Positions 50,420 through 62,100 of a stretch of 64,000 bases of DNA are shown here, piece by piece. Each line of letters starts with the position of its first letter. Position 1 is the first letter of the stretch. Position numbers and translations under genes: made by a program. The stretch comes from Anaeramoeba ignava BMAN (lineage: Eukaryota > Protista > Anaeramoebae): the NCBI GenBank assembly GCA_028826165.1, contig JAPDFW010000092.1, positions 1,054,001 through 1,118,000 of the forward strand, in the 5' to 3' direction. A model generated the notes under the pieces. The model searched no databases. It was not told where the DNA came from and saw nothing but the letters and a program-made list of their open reading frames with translations.

Positions 50420-51805
50420 TCACTTCTTGAAAACGCAATTTTGTCCAAATTGACAACTTTGTGAATATGATGAATTCTTTCCAATAGTTGAATTACTTCC
50501 AATTTTGCAATTTTGTGAAAATTTGCAATTATCTCCAAAAAAACAATTTTCTCCAAAAACACAATTTTGACTAAATTTGCAACTCTTTCCAAAAGTAGTA
50601 TTATTTCCAAAAATTGAATTTTGAGCAAAAACAGAAGAATTTCCAAAAGTAGTTTGATTTTTAAATTCACAACCTTGATCGAATTTAGAACTTGATCCAA
50701 AAACACAAAGATTTCCCCATTTAGATAATTGTCCAAATTTAGAACTTGATCCAAAAACACAAGAATCACCAAAATGACATAATTGACCAAATTTGGAACT
50801 TGATCCAAAAATTGTGGAATTAGGAAAAGTTGAATTTTGAGGGAATTTCATGCCTGATTTATAAATTGCTCGAGAAGCTCCATTTTGTCCAAATGATTGT
50901 GAATTATTTTGTTGATTTTGTTGATTTTGTTGATTTTGTTGATTTTGTTGATTTTGTGTTTGTGAATTATATTGATATTCTTCAAATCGTGGTGTTTCGT
51001 GAACTTGACTGTATCTTTGTTCGTGAACACTTACTCTTGGTTGTGTTACATTGAATGAATAAGTAAATGAATGTGGTTGATTTGATTGAAATTGAAATGA
51101 ATTAAATGGAAATTGTGTAAATTGAGAATAATCATCATCATCGTCATCATCATCATCACCAAAAAATTGAAATTGTGTTTGTGTTTGTGTTTGTGTTTGT
51201 CCTTGATTATTTGAGAAAACTTGAGAGAAAACATTGTTGATAAAATTGGAAACATCTTGTCCAATTTGATTTGTTGATGTAAATTGAAAATTTTGGTTTT
51301 GAAAATTTTGATTTTGATTTTGATTTGGATTTGGATTTGGATTTTGTTGTTGATAAGTTTGTTGTTGTTGATAAAATTGATTTGGATTTGGATTTGGATT
51401 TTGATAACTTTGTTGTTGTTGTTGTTGATAATTTTGATTTGGATTTTGATAATTTTGTTGTTGGTAATTTTGTTGTTGATAATTTTGTTGTTGATAATTT
51501 TGTTGTTGATAATTTTGATTTGGATTTTGATAATTTTGTTGTTGATAATTTTGTTGAGGATTCGCATATGTTTCTTCTTGTTTTGCTCTTGTCATTAAAT
51601 GTATCGTATTTCCTTTTTGAATGTTATAAAATTGTATTGTTTGTGAATCCATTAATTTTCTTCCAGCAAAAATTAATGTCATCTCTTGGTTTTGAAGAAG
51701 TAATTTATCACTAATTTTCTTTTTCAATTCGGTAATTGTTTCTTTAGGTTCAACTTCCAATTCATGTTTTTCTGTTTTTGAAACTTGTAAAATAAAAATT
51801 TTCAT
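50420..51805 (-). CDS. Ubiquitin-like domain + Q/N/Y-rich linker + Phe-rich hexapeptide repeat (beta-helix) protein
   Basis: MKIFI...ELEVEPKETITELKKKI...LIFAGRKLMDSQTIQFYNIQKGNTIHL, QQQNY repeats, then ~23 consecutive hexads [FIWY]-[GS]-x-x-[SC]-x. Confidence 0.8.
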   Translation of the reverse strand: MKIFILQVSKTEKHELEVEPKETITELKKKISDKLLLQNQEMTLIFAGRKLMDSQTIQFYNIQKGNTIHLMTRAKQEETYANPQQNYQQQNYQNPNQNYQQQNYQQQNYQQQNYQQQNYQNPNQNYQQQQQQSYQNPNPNPNQFYQQQQTYQQQNPNPNPNQNQNQNFQNQNFQFTSTNQIGQDVSNFINNVFSQVFSNNQGQTQTQTQTQFQFFGDDDDDDDDDYSQFTQFPFNSFQFQSNQPHSFTYSFNVTQPRVSVHEQRYSQVHETPRFEEYQYNSQTQNQQNQQNQQNQQNQQNNSQSFGQNGASRAIYKSGMKFPQNSTFPNSTIFGSSSKFGQLCHFGDSCVFGSSSKFGQLSKWGNLCVFGSSSKFDQGCEFKNQTTFGNSSVFAQNSIFGNNTTFGKSCKFSQNCVFGENCFFGDNCKFSQNCKIGSNSTIGKNSSYSQSCQFGQNCVFKK

Positions 51806-51909
51806 TTTGTAAAAATTAAAAAAAAAAATGAAAAAAAATGAAAAATAAAAATTAAAAAAATTTTTTTTCATTTTTTCTTTCTTTTTTTTTTATTAAATTA
51901 AATTAAAAA

Positions 51910-54900
51910 ATGCCAAGAAAAAATAAATACAGTAAAAAAACAAATACAAAATCAAAAAAACCACAAAAAAAACAACAAACACAAAAATCACCAACAAAAT
52001 CCAAACAGAAAACACATACAAATACAGGATTCATTGGATTTTCAGCATTTAATTCAAACGAACCAAGTAAAAACACAACAATCAATCCGCAATTTGGAAT
52101 GAATTTTAGTTTGAATGATTTAGATTTTTTAAAACCAGAAATGCGGATTATTTTTAAGAAATTTGCAAAACAAGATCCAACAACAATATTAAAGGGAATG
52201 CAAGACTTTTTATCATTTGTGAATCAAGAATCAAACACACAGAATATTGTCCAACTTCTTCCTTATTGGACAAAAGTGTTTACATTTCTAGCAATTTCAG
52301 TTGAAAGAAAAGTGCGTGAATTTACGTTCATCATTTTTATCCAAATTTTTCCAAAAAATTCGAAAGGAAATTTCGCCTTTTCTTCATGATATCATTCCCA
52401 TTTGGTTTTGTGCTCAAAATGACCCAGCAAATGAAGTCAGAAAATTATCCAAACAAGCTTTTGAAATGGCTTTTCCAAAATTCCAAAATAGAATTAATGT
52501 TCTTAATTTTTGTTTTAAGGATTTTCTTCTTTATTTTCAAAACACTTTGAAATTGACTGTTTCTACTATTTCAAATCCAAGAATTACTGAGAAAGAAAAA
52601 AGACAAGAAATGTATGAGAGAATAATTTCAGCCGCAATTAAAACTCTCTCTTTACTCATCCAAACACTCCAAGAAAATCATGAATTAGTTGATGATATTT
52701 CTTTTGAAAAAGAAAAAACTTTTAATTCACGAATTGAAAGTAACTCCAAAATTCTCCCAGATTTTAAAGATATTTTAATGGATTGCTTCTCTAATTTTAT
52801 TGTTTCTGAATTCGCATCAATACGAACTGCAGCATTCCATTTATTGATGGTTGTTACAGATAATTTAGACAATGTGATCCAAAGCAATTCGCAAATTTTT
52901 CAATATTTTTTAATAGCTGCATTTACTGCTTTTAAAATGGAAAAAGACGCAAAAGTTCATCAAGAAATGTGGGAATTTATATTAATATTTTTGAAAAAAT
53001 TTTCAGAAAAGGCTTGGGATTTAATACAAAACGAAAATAATGAAAATAATGAAAATAATGAAAATAATGAAAAAGAAAAAGAAAAAGAAAATAACAAAAA
53101 AAGCAGAAAACCCAAATATCAAAATCGAAAGAAAATTCAATACACATTCGACACTATTCCAACACCAAAATCTATATTCCAATCTCTTTTTCATTTCATT
53201 CAAAACGATTGCTATAATTCATCCCAATATTCTTATTCGTGTCTACTTCCATTCATTAATTACATTCCTAAAAATCTCATTTATCAATCTTTTCTTGAAA
53301 ATTTCTTCAACTCTTTGTGGTATCCAATCGAAAAACCAAATGCGAAAATCATCACAAAACAAACAAAACCGCTCATTTCGGCTTGGCAAGAATGTACTTC
53401 CTATTTTCTATCACAAAATCAAAATGATCAATTCTCATTATTCATTCATAAGACACAAATTTTGGCCATTTTCCCTAAAATATTTCAATATAAAAATGAA
53501 TATTTGGCAAATCAATTCATACATATCCTTTCTAAAAGACAAATCCCAGAAGAAATTTGGAAACCTTTAGAAATCTCCATTTTCGAACAAATACAATCTA
53601 AACAAATTCTTCTTTTTGAATATTCCCCAAAATTTTTAAGAGAAATCAAGAAAATACCAGATTGTAAGATTAATTTCTCACGTATTGAAGAAGAGTTTAT
53701 TGCCAGTTTAATGCAAAATATCAAGGAAAATGCGGTTTTATTATCTTTCTTTGACGAAGAGAATATCACAAAAAGCAAATGGGAAAAAATATTGAATCAG
53801 ACAATTTCAATTTCAGAAAATGAAAACAATGATTATATACTGCAAATTGATAATGTGATTCAACTAATCAAATTTTCATCTCATTTTCTACAAAATATCA
53901 TTTCTAAAGAAGGGAAAATATCGATTCTTGAAAATTACATATTCGAAGCCATTTCTAAACAAGTAAAAGGAAACTTAGAAACTTTATTCGAGCTTTGTCT
54001 TAATTCCTCTCTTTTATCAGAAGATATGCTCTTAAAAATTGAGGAATATTTTATTAATAACCTTGAAAAATTGGATCCTTTATCACTTATTGTGCCAATT
54101 CTTACTTATATATTTCCCGAAGGATCTGAACTTAAGAATTGGCAATTTAAATTACTTTTAAAATTTTTTAGTAAATGTGATTTCCATGAAAAAGACAACG
54201 ATCAAAATCAAGGTCAAGACGAGGATCAAGAAATTGATAACAAGCTTATAAATGAAATTATAAACGAAAATATAAACGAAAATATAAACGAAAATATAAA
54301 CGAAAATACAAACGAAAATATAAACGAGAATATAAACGAAAATGAAGTGCATTTCCTTCGGGAAGAAGATCGTATCAAATTATTCCAAATGGACAAATTC
54401 CAACAACTTCCATTTGAGGAAGTCAAAGAAGAAGATGATTATTATGATAGTTATATTGAAGATATTTGGGATATAATTATTGAAACATTTCCCAAAAAAT
54501 TTAACACTGATTATTTCGGCACAGAATTTCGAAAGCAAATACTAGAATATATAATATCAATACATAACCACCAGGGAAGCGGAATAAATCAAGTTTATCA
54601 TTTAATCACAGATTTGTGTTTTAATATTGAACAACAGCTTGAAGTTCTCATTAATCTATGCCAAATACAACCCAATTATTCAACATTGGTTCTTCTTTTC
54701 CATTTAATAGAAATTATTGGAGCAGATGAATATCTCAAATCAGTTGAATTTCTTCAAGGAATTATTGATATTCAAGCTTTCTTATTTGATGAACACCAAA
54801 GAATACTACTTTTACTTGAGCCACAAACACAAAAAAATCAAATTCATGAAATACTTACAGATATTGTGTTCCCATTTCTCGAGAAAGAAGAAAACGAGAA

Positions 54901-56917
54901 AGTTTTGGATGAATTGATCCAAAAAGGCTTGAAAAATGCAGAAGAAAAAGGAGGAAGTCATATTTTAAGTGTTTCAATAATTCTTCATAATTTGCCAAAT
55001 ATTTGGAAAATCAAGTCGTTGCCAAAATTTTTGGAAGAAAAAACAAACTATTTTATGCAACTTATGGTTTCGGAAGAAAAACAAACACAATCAAATATTC
55101 CCTTTTTACTTTGCGCTTCAATAACTACCTCGATGATTGGAAACGAGGATTTTTTGGAAATTATTTATGCAATGAATTACACACAATTTTTGAGTTTGTC
55201 TTTCGATAATGCAAACATATCCAAAGCTTTGCAACATCTCGAAATGATGAGTATTTGTCTTTGCAAAGATGCCCATATTGATACTGAACTTATTTCTCAT
55301 ATTGTGAAATGGCACAATCTTTCATCAGAAAATCTTGGGTTTATTTCTTCTTTTTGGAAATTATACAATCACAAAATGAATCAAAAACAAGAAATTCAAG
55401 AATTACAAGAAATTCAAGAATTATCAACATCAAAAGATATTGCACAACATTTCACTTTTTACAATCCAAAAATTATCCCAGTATTTTTCTCCAAGCTATG
55501 TTTCATCTCAATTAGAAAATTATTCCTATTTATTGTTGTATCGGTTTTTTGTGTTTTAAATAATTTGGATCCAGATCAATTTGATTCACAAACTGAGAAT
55601 TTTGTACTTAAATTTTTCTTGAATTTGAACAATTTAAATGAAGCTAATATTAAGAAAATGGAAGCGATTCTTTGGATTTTAGTTGATATCATCCCAATTA
55701 TGCCCATGGACAATTTCCGCAAATTATTTGTGAGTGAAATACAAGACAATTTATCAATTCAAAATCAAAATCAAAATCAAAATCAAAATCAAAATGAAAA
55801 TGAAAATGAAAAATTTTATTTGAATGAAAAAAATATTCTTGTCGACTATTTCTTTAATATGCTTTTTTCACCCAATAAAAGCATACAATTTGCAACTGCA
55901 ACATTTGTTCGAAATATTTGTTATAAATCGGAAATTCTTGATATTTTGCAATTGACTATTGACAAAATGCAAAGAAATAAATACATCAAAAACTTGAACA
56001 ATTTCCACAAGAAACTTCAAGACAATTTCAAAGCAGATATTTATCGAAGAGAAAACGAATACAACTCCTTTTTAGTAGTTTGGGAAATTGCGCTTGATTT
56101 TCTGGATTCAAATTTTTCAGAACAAGAAAAAGGAACAGGTTTCATTGACAAAATTCGATCACACTATGCACCACATTTTTTTAATCTTCTCTTACTAATA
56201 ACACAAGTAGAAATTGGGCTCGAACAAGCAGAAACATATGCACAATCAAAACAGTATTTGGAAACAAAGGAATCAAATTCACTTCGAAAATATTCATCGC
56301 AACTTTTATTTCTTACATTTGTCAAATTCCCATCAACAATAAGATTCTGGTTTTCATCAATCACATCATCACGATTGAGTCGGAAAGTGCAACGGTTTGT
56401 GATGAATAATATCAGCCCAATTCTCATACAAAAGGAACTAGATGAAGTATCGAAAATGCCTCAAAAATCAAATCAAGTGATTCATGTTGACAAAAAAAGA
56501 AGAGAAATCACGATTATTTACAAACATGAAGAATTCACACTTGAGATTGCTGTTGAGTTACCAAAAGATTATCCTCTTCGTTTGATTCGCATTAATCCAA
56601 GTAGATTGCTTGGTGTTGAGAAAGTGTGGCGAAAATGGATTTATTCAATGATCCAAATTTTTTCAACTCAAGATCAAAAAATTGTCAATGTGATTCGTTA
56701 TTGGTTCAAAAATGTTCACAAACGGTTTGAAGGAAGAGAGCCTTGTCCTATTTGTTATTCTATTGTTCATCTCACTGACAAATCTTTACCGCGTCTGACT
56801 TGCCAAACTTGTCATCATAAGTTTCATGCTATTTGCTTATATAAATGGTTTGAGACATCTGTAAAAGATGCTCCTGATTGTCCTTTGTGCAGAAGTGTTT
56901 GGGTTACAAAAAATTGA
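51910..56917 (+). CDS. LTN1: Listerin E3 ubiquitin ligase (ribosome quality control); one frameshift near 52355
   Basis: N-terminal GFIGFSAF and KKFAKQDPTTILKG...ERKVRE, WFCAQNDP, FPSTIRFWF, RWD-like LEIAVELPKDYPL, and RING CPICYSIVH...LPRLTCQTCHHKFHAICLYKWF...CPLCR. Confidence 0.93.
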
Positions 56918-56999
56918 TTGATTTTCTTAGACTTTTTTTTTTTTGATAAAGATGAGAAAAAAACTAATTAATTAATAAAAATTACATCTTAAATAATCA

Positions 57000-58330
57000 A
57001 TTTTATTATTTAATTAATATTTAATTTATTATTTATTTATAATTTATTTATATTTATATTTTTATATTAATTTCCAAATTAAATATTAATTAATTATTAT
57101 TTAATATTTTGATTAAATTATTATTTAAATATTTTAATCAATTTTATTTCATTATTTAATTAATATTTAATTTATTATTTATTTATATTTTATTTATATT
57201 TATAATTTTATATTAATTTGTAAATTAAATATTAATTAATTATTATTAAATATTTTGATTAAATTATTAATTAAATATTTTGATTAATTTTATTTCATTA
57301 TTTAATTAATATTTAATTTATTATTTATTTATATTTTATTTATATTTATAATTTTATATTAATTTCCAAATTAAATATTAATTAATTATTATTTAATATT
57401 TTTGATTAAATTATTAATTAAATATTTTAATTAATTTTATTTCATTATTTAATTAATATTTAATTTATTATTTATTTATAATTTATTTATATTTATAAAT
57501 TTATATTAATTTCTAAATTAAATATTAATTAATTATTATTAAATATTTTGATTAAATAATTAATTAAATATTTTAATTAATTTATTTCATTATTTAATTA
57601 ATAATTAATTTATAATTTATTTATATTTTTATTTTTATTTATAATTTTATATTAATTTCCAAATTAAATATTAATTAATTATTATTTAATATTTTGATTA
57701 AATTATTAATTAAATATTTTTAATTAATTTTATTTCATTATTTTAATTAATAATTAATTTATTATTTATTTATATTTTTATTTTTATTTATAATTTTATA
57801 TTAATTTCCAAATTAAATATTAATTAATTATTATTTAATTTTTTGATTAAAATTATTAATTAAATATTTTGATCAATTTATTTAATTATTTAATTAATAT
57901 TTAATTTATTATTTATTTATAATTTATTTATATTTATAATTTTATATTAATTTTTAAATTAAATATTTATTGATTATTATTAAATATTTTGATTAAATTA
58001 TTAATTAAATATTTTAATTAATTTTATTTCATTATTTAATTAATATTTAATTTATTATTTATTTATATTTTATTTATATTTATAATTTTATATTAATTTC
58101 CAAATTAAATATTAATTAATTATTATTAAATATTTTGATTAAATTATTAATTAAATATTTTAATTAATTTTATTTCATTATTTAATTAATGTTTAATTTA
58201 ATATTTATTTATATTTTTATTTATATTTATAATTTTATATTAATTTTTAAATTAAATATTAATTAATTATTATTTAATATTTTGATTAAATTATTAATTA
58301 AATATTTTATTTATTTTTATTTCATTATTT
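57000..58330. repeat. AT-rich tandem satellite, ~146-bp unit, ~9 copies
   Basis: 'tattaattt(cc)aaattaaatatt' anchor at ~57065, 57211, 57357, 57504, 57650, 57799, 57945, 58091 and 58238. Confidence 0.85.
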
Positions 58331-58454
58331 AAAATAATTTTAATTTATTATTCAATTTAGAATTAAATTTAAAATTATATTTTATTGATATTTTTATTAT
58401 TAAATTTATACTTTTTAATTCAAAAATATTATTATTTTATTATTAAATTTTTTG

Positions 58455-59050
58455 ATCAGTTTTATTTCATTTTATTAAATTAAATTAAAAAGAAAATAAA
58501 AGAAAAAATTTTTTTTTCGAATTCAAAAGAAAGACGAATTATAATTAATTTTTAAAAAGAAAAGAAAAAACAAAAAACAAAATTCCTAAAAGAAAAAAAA
58601 AAATTTTTTTTAACTTTTTTTTGAATAGAATAGAGTTGAAAAGGAACTTGCTTTTATTTTAATTTCTTTTCTAAATTAAAAAGAAAGATCAGTTTTAATT
58701 AAATTTTTTTCTTATTCATTTGGGCAAAATTATTTTATTTTATTAAATTAAATTAAAAAGAAAATAAAAGAAAAAATTTTTTTTTCAAATTCAAAAGAAA
58801 GACAAATTATAATTAATTTTTAAAAAGAAAAGAAAAAGCAAAAAACAAAATTCATTAAAAGAAAAAAAAAAAATTTTTTTTTAACTTTTTTTTGAATACA
58901 ATAGAGTTGAAAAAGGAACTTGCCTTTTATTTTAATTTCTTTTCTAAATTAAAAAGAAAGATCAGTTTTAATTAAATTTATTTTAATTCATTTGGGCAAA
59001 TCTATTTTATTAAATCTAAAAAGAAATAAAAGAAAACAAAAAAATTTTTT
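58455..59050 (+). repeat. ~268-bp direct duplication (2 copies + partial third) upstream of the surface-protein gene
   Basis: 'attaaattaaattaaaaagaaaataaaag...aatagagttgaaaaggaacttgc...gatcagtttt...tttgggcaaa' starts at ~58474 and ~58742. Confidence 0.85.
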
Positions 59051-59193
59051 TTCAATTCATTTCTCTTTTCATTTTAAAATGTAAATCTTTCTTTTGTTTT
59101 TTTGTTATTTTTTTTGCCAGATGAAAAACAAATTATTTATTCAATTAACTAAACTTGTTGTTTTATTTTTAAATAGTTTTAAAACACAAAAGA

Positions 59194-62100
59194 ATGGCAA
59201 ATTCAAAACAGTTCTTATTCATTTTTGCTTTGATTCTCTTCTTATTTGGATTAACTCAAACTCATCAAGCTTATTCATCATCATCATCAAATGGATTGAA
59301 AGATTCTTATTCTTGGGAATTAGCACAAACTATTACATCTCCTGATTCTTCTACAACTTTTGGATTTAGTGTTTCTCTTTCTCCAACTATTTCTGTTATT
59401 GGTGATCCAAGTAAAGCAAAAGTATTGATTTATCAACTTGAAGATGGAAATTGGAATTCTTTTCAAAATATAACTCGATCTGATTATCCAAGTTATGGTT
59501 GGAGTGTTGCAGTTTCTCAAGATGGATTGACTACAGCTACTGGATCTCCAGATAACACATGCTTTTTTCCTTATTATTATGATGGCAGTAATTATGTATA
59601 TGGTTGGCTCCCTGAAGAAGATTCTGATCCAGAAATTATATCAGAGGGATTAAAAGGAGCTTTTACATTTGGATCAAATATGGCTATTTCAACTTATGTG
59701 AAAACTCAGTTTGTAGGAGCATCTGATTTCAATTACATACATATAGTATTTGGACCATATGAATATTTTGATTTATATGGAGCATCAGGAGAAGGTTTAG
59801 GATGGGCAGTTGATATTTCGGAAAATCCTTTTGTTGCTGTTGCTTCTTGTCTTTCAGTTAAAAAAGTATATATTTACTCAGTTTCTCGCTCAACTGGATT
59901 TACATCTATTTTTAATATTACATCAACTTTGGATGGATTTGGGAATGATGTTGCAATTTCAAATGATGGGAATGTTGTTGTTGTTGCTGCAATGGAATCA
60001 AATACAGTTGTTATTTACAGAAGATCTGGAGATAATTGGAATGAAGAAAAAGTTCTTTCAGTTGATTCTTCAAATTTTGGATCTTCAGTTTCAATTTCAG
60101 AAGATGGGAATATAGTTGTTGTTGGAGCTAATTTAACAGATGAAGTATATATCTATAGTTATTCTAATTCAGATTGGAATGAAGAAAAAGTACTTTCAGG
60201 TGCAAGTAGTTTTGGAACTGATGTTTCAATTTCAGGAGATATCCTTCTTGTTTCAGCTCCTCAATCAAATGAAGTTTCATATTTTAATAGAACATATATC
60301 CCTCCTCCTCCTCCTTGGGGTTTAAAACAAACAATTACATCTCCTGATTCTTCTTCAACTTTTGGATTTAGTGTTTCTCTTTGCCCAAATATTTCTGTTA
60401 TTGGTGATCCAAGTAAAACAAAAGCATTGGTTTATCAACTTGAAGATGGAAATTGGAATTCTTTTCAAAATATAACTCTATCTTATTGTTCAAGTTTTGG
60501 TTGGGATGTTTCAGTTTCTGAAGATTCATTTATGCTTTTTGTTGGAGCTCCTGCTATGCCTGGCGCCACGGCTTATTATTTTGATGGTAGTCAGTATATC
60601 TTTGGATCTCTTCCAACAGATGAAGTTATATATGATCCTCCAATTAATGGATTAATGGCTGATCCTACTCCATATGGTTGGAGTGTTGCAACTTCAGCAT
60701 CTTTGAAAATGTATTTGACTGGAAAATCACAATCTAATCAGGTTTATGGTCGTATATATCCAAATTATTTTTATTATCCTGGAATATCAGGAGAAGGATT
60801 AGGATGGGCAGTTGATATTTCAGAAAATCCTTCTATTGTTGTTGCTTCTTGTTTTTCAGTTAAAAAAGTATCTCTTCTTTCTGCTTCTAAAGTAACTGTA
60901 AGTGTATTTACATATATTTCTGATATTACATCAACTTTGGATGGATTTGGGAATGATGTTGCAATTTCAAATGATGGGAATGTTGTTGTTGTTGCTGCAA
61001 TGGAATCAAATACAGTTGTTATTTACAGAAGATCTGGAGATAATTGGAATGAAGAAAAAGTTATTTCAGTTAATTCTTCAAATTTTGGATCTTCAGTTTC
61101 AATTTCAGAAGATGGTAATATAGTTGTTGTTGGAGCTAATTTAACAGATGAAGTATATATCTATAGTTATTCTAATTCAGATTGGAATGAAGAAAAAGTA
61201 CTTTCAGGTGCAAGTAGTTTTGGAACTGATGTTTCAATTTCAGGAGATATCCTTCTTGTTTCAGCTCCTCAATCAAGAGAAGTTTCATATTTTAATAGAA
61301 CATATATCCCTCCTCCTCCTCTTATTCCTCCTTTAGTTGAATTAATAAATTGTAGTTCTGGATATTCAGAATTTGAATGTTATTGGAATCAACCTGAAAA
61401 TAATGTTTCTCTTTATTTTCAAAGTGATTATGGAAATGGTTATACTCAAATTATAAATCCTGTTTTTGATTTATCACAAAATGTTTTCTATCAAGAATTT
61501 AATTCATCAATTTATTTAGGAATTTATGGAAATAAAGAATATTTAATTCAACTTCAAGCTTGTAATTTAACAGAAGATGAATGTGGAGATCCTTCAGAAT
61601 CAACAACTTTAAAAACAATGATTGATGGTGTTGAAGATTTTGAATTAATTGGATTAGCAGATTCTATTAATGTTTCATGGAATCTACCTAATGTAGAAAT
61701 TATTGAAGAAGTTCCTCATCTTGATCATTATAAAATAGGTTATTTGTGTGAAAATATGGAAATTCCTGAATATTTGGATGTTGATAATACTTCAACTTCT
61801 TATCAAATTACTGAATTGGAAGCTAGAAATGAATGTAATGTTTCAATATGTGCTTGTAGAACACCTTCATGTTCTGGAGATGATGAAGGAGAAGTTGTTC
61901 ATGATATAGTTCAAGTTGGATTTGGACCTGTTTTAAATCTTAAATGTTTAGTTTCAAATGTTTTAGATGTTAATTGTTCTTGGCTTACTCCTGAAAGTTC
62001 ACAATCACCTTCTTATTATAATATCACTTATAAATCAAATTCATTTGAAGATGAAGAAGAATATCAACCAACTCAATTATATCAAAATTTTACAGTTAAA

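Noticed and set aside
52340-52365. Programmed frameshift in LTN1 (also RhoGEF ~42250-42335 and BTB-TLDc)
   Set aside because: Breaks mostly fall in or near homopolymer runs and are scattered over many genes. Long-read indel error is the simpler explanation, pending read data.
35358-56917. Functional cluster of ubiquitin/ribosome-QC genes (CNOT4, Abraxas, Ubl, LTN1)
   Set aside because: Interspersed with unrelated genes, and ubiquitin-system genes are common enough for chance adjacency
59094-59345. 83-aa ORF as the start of the surface protein
   Set aside because: It is in a different frame. The ATG at 59194 gives a signal peptide and the long open frame.
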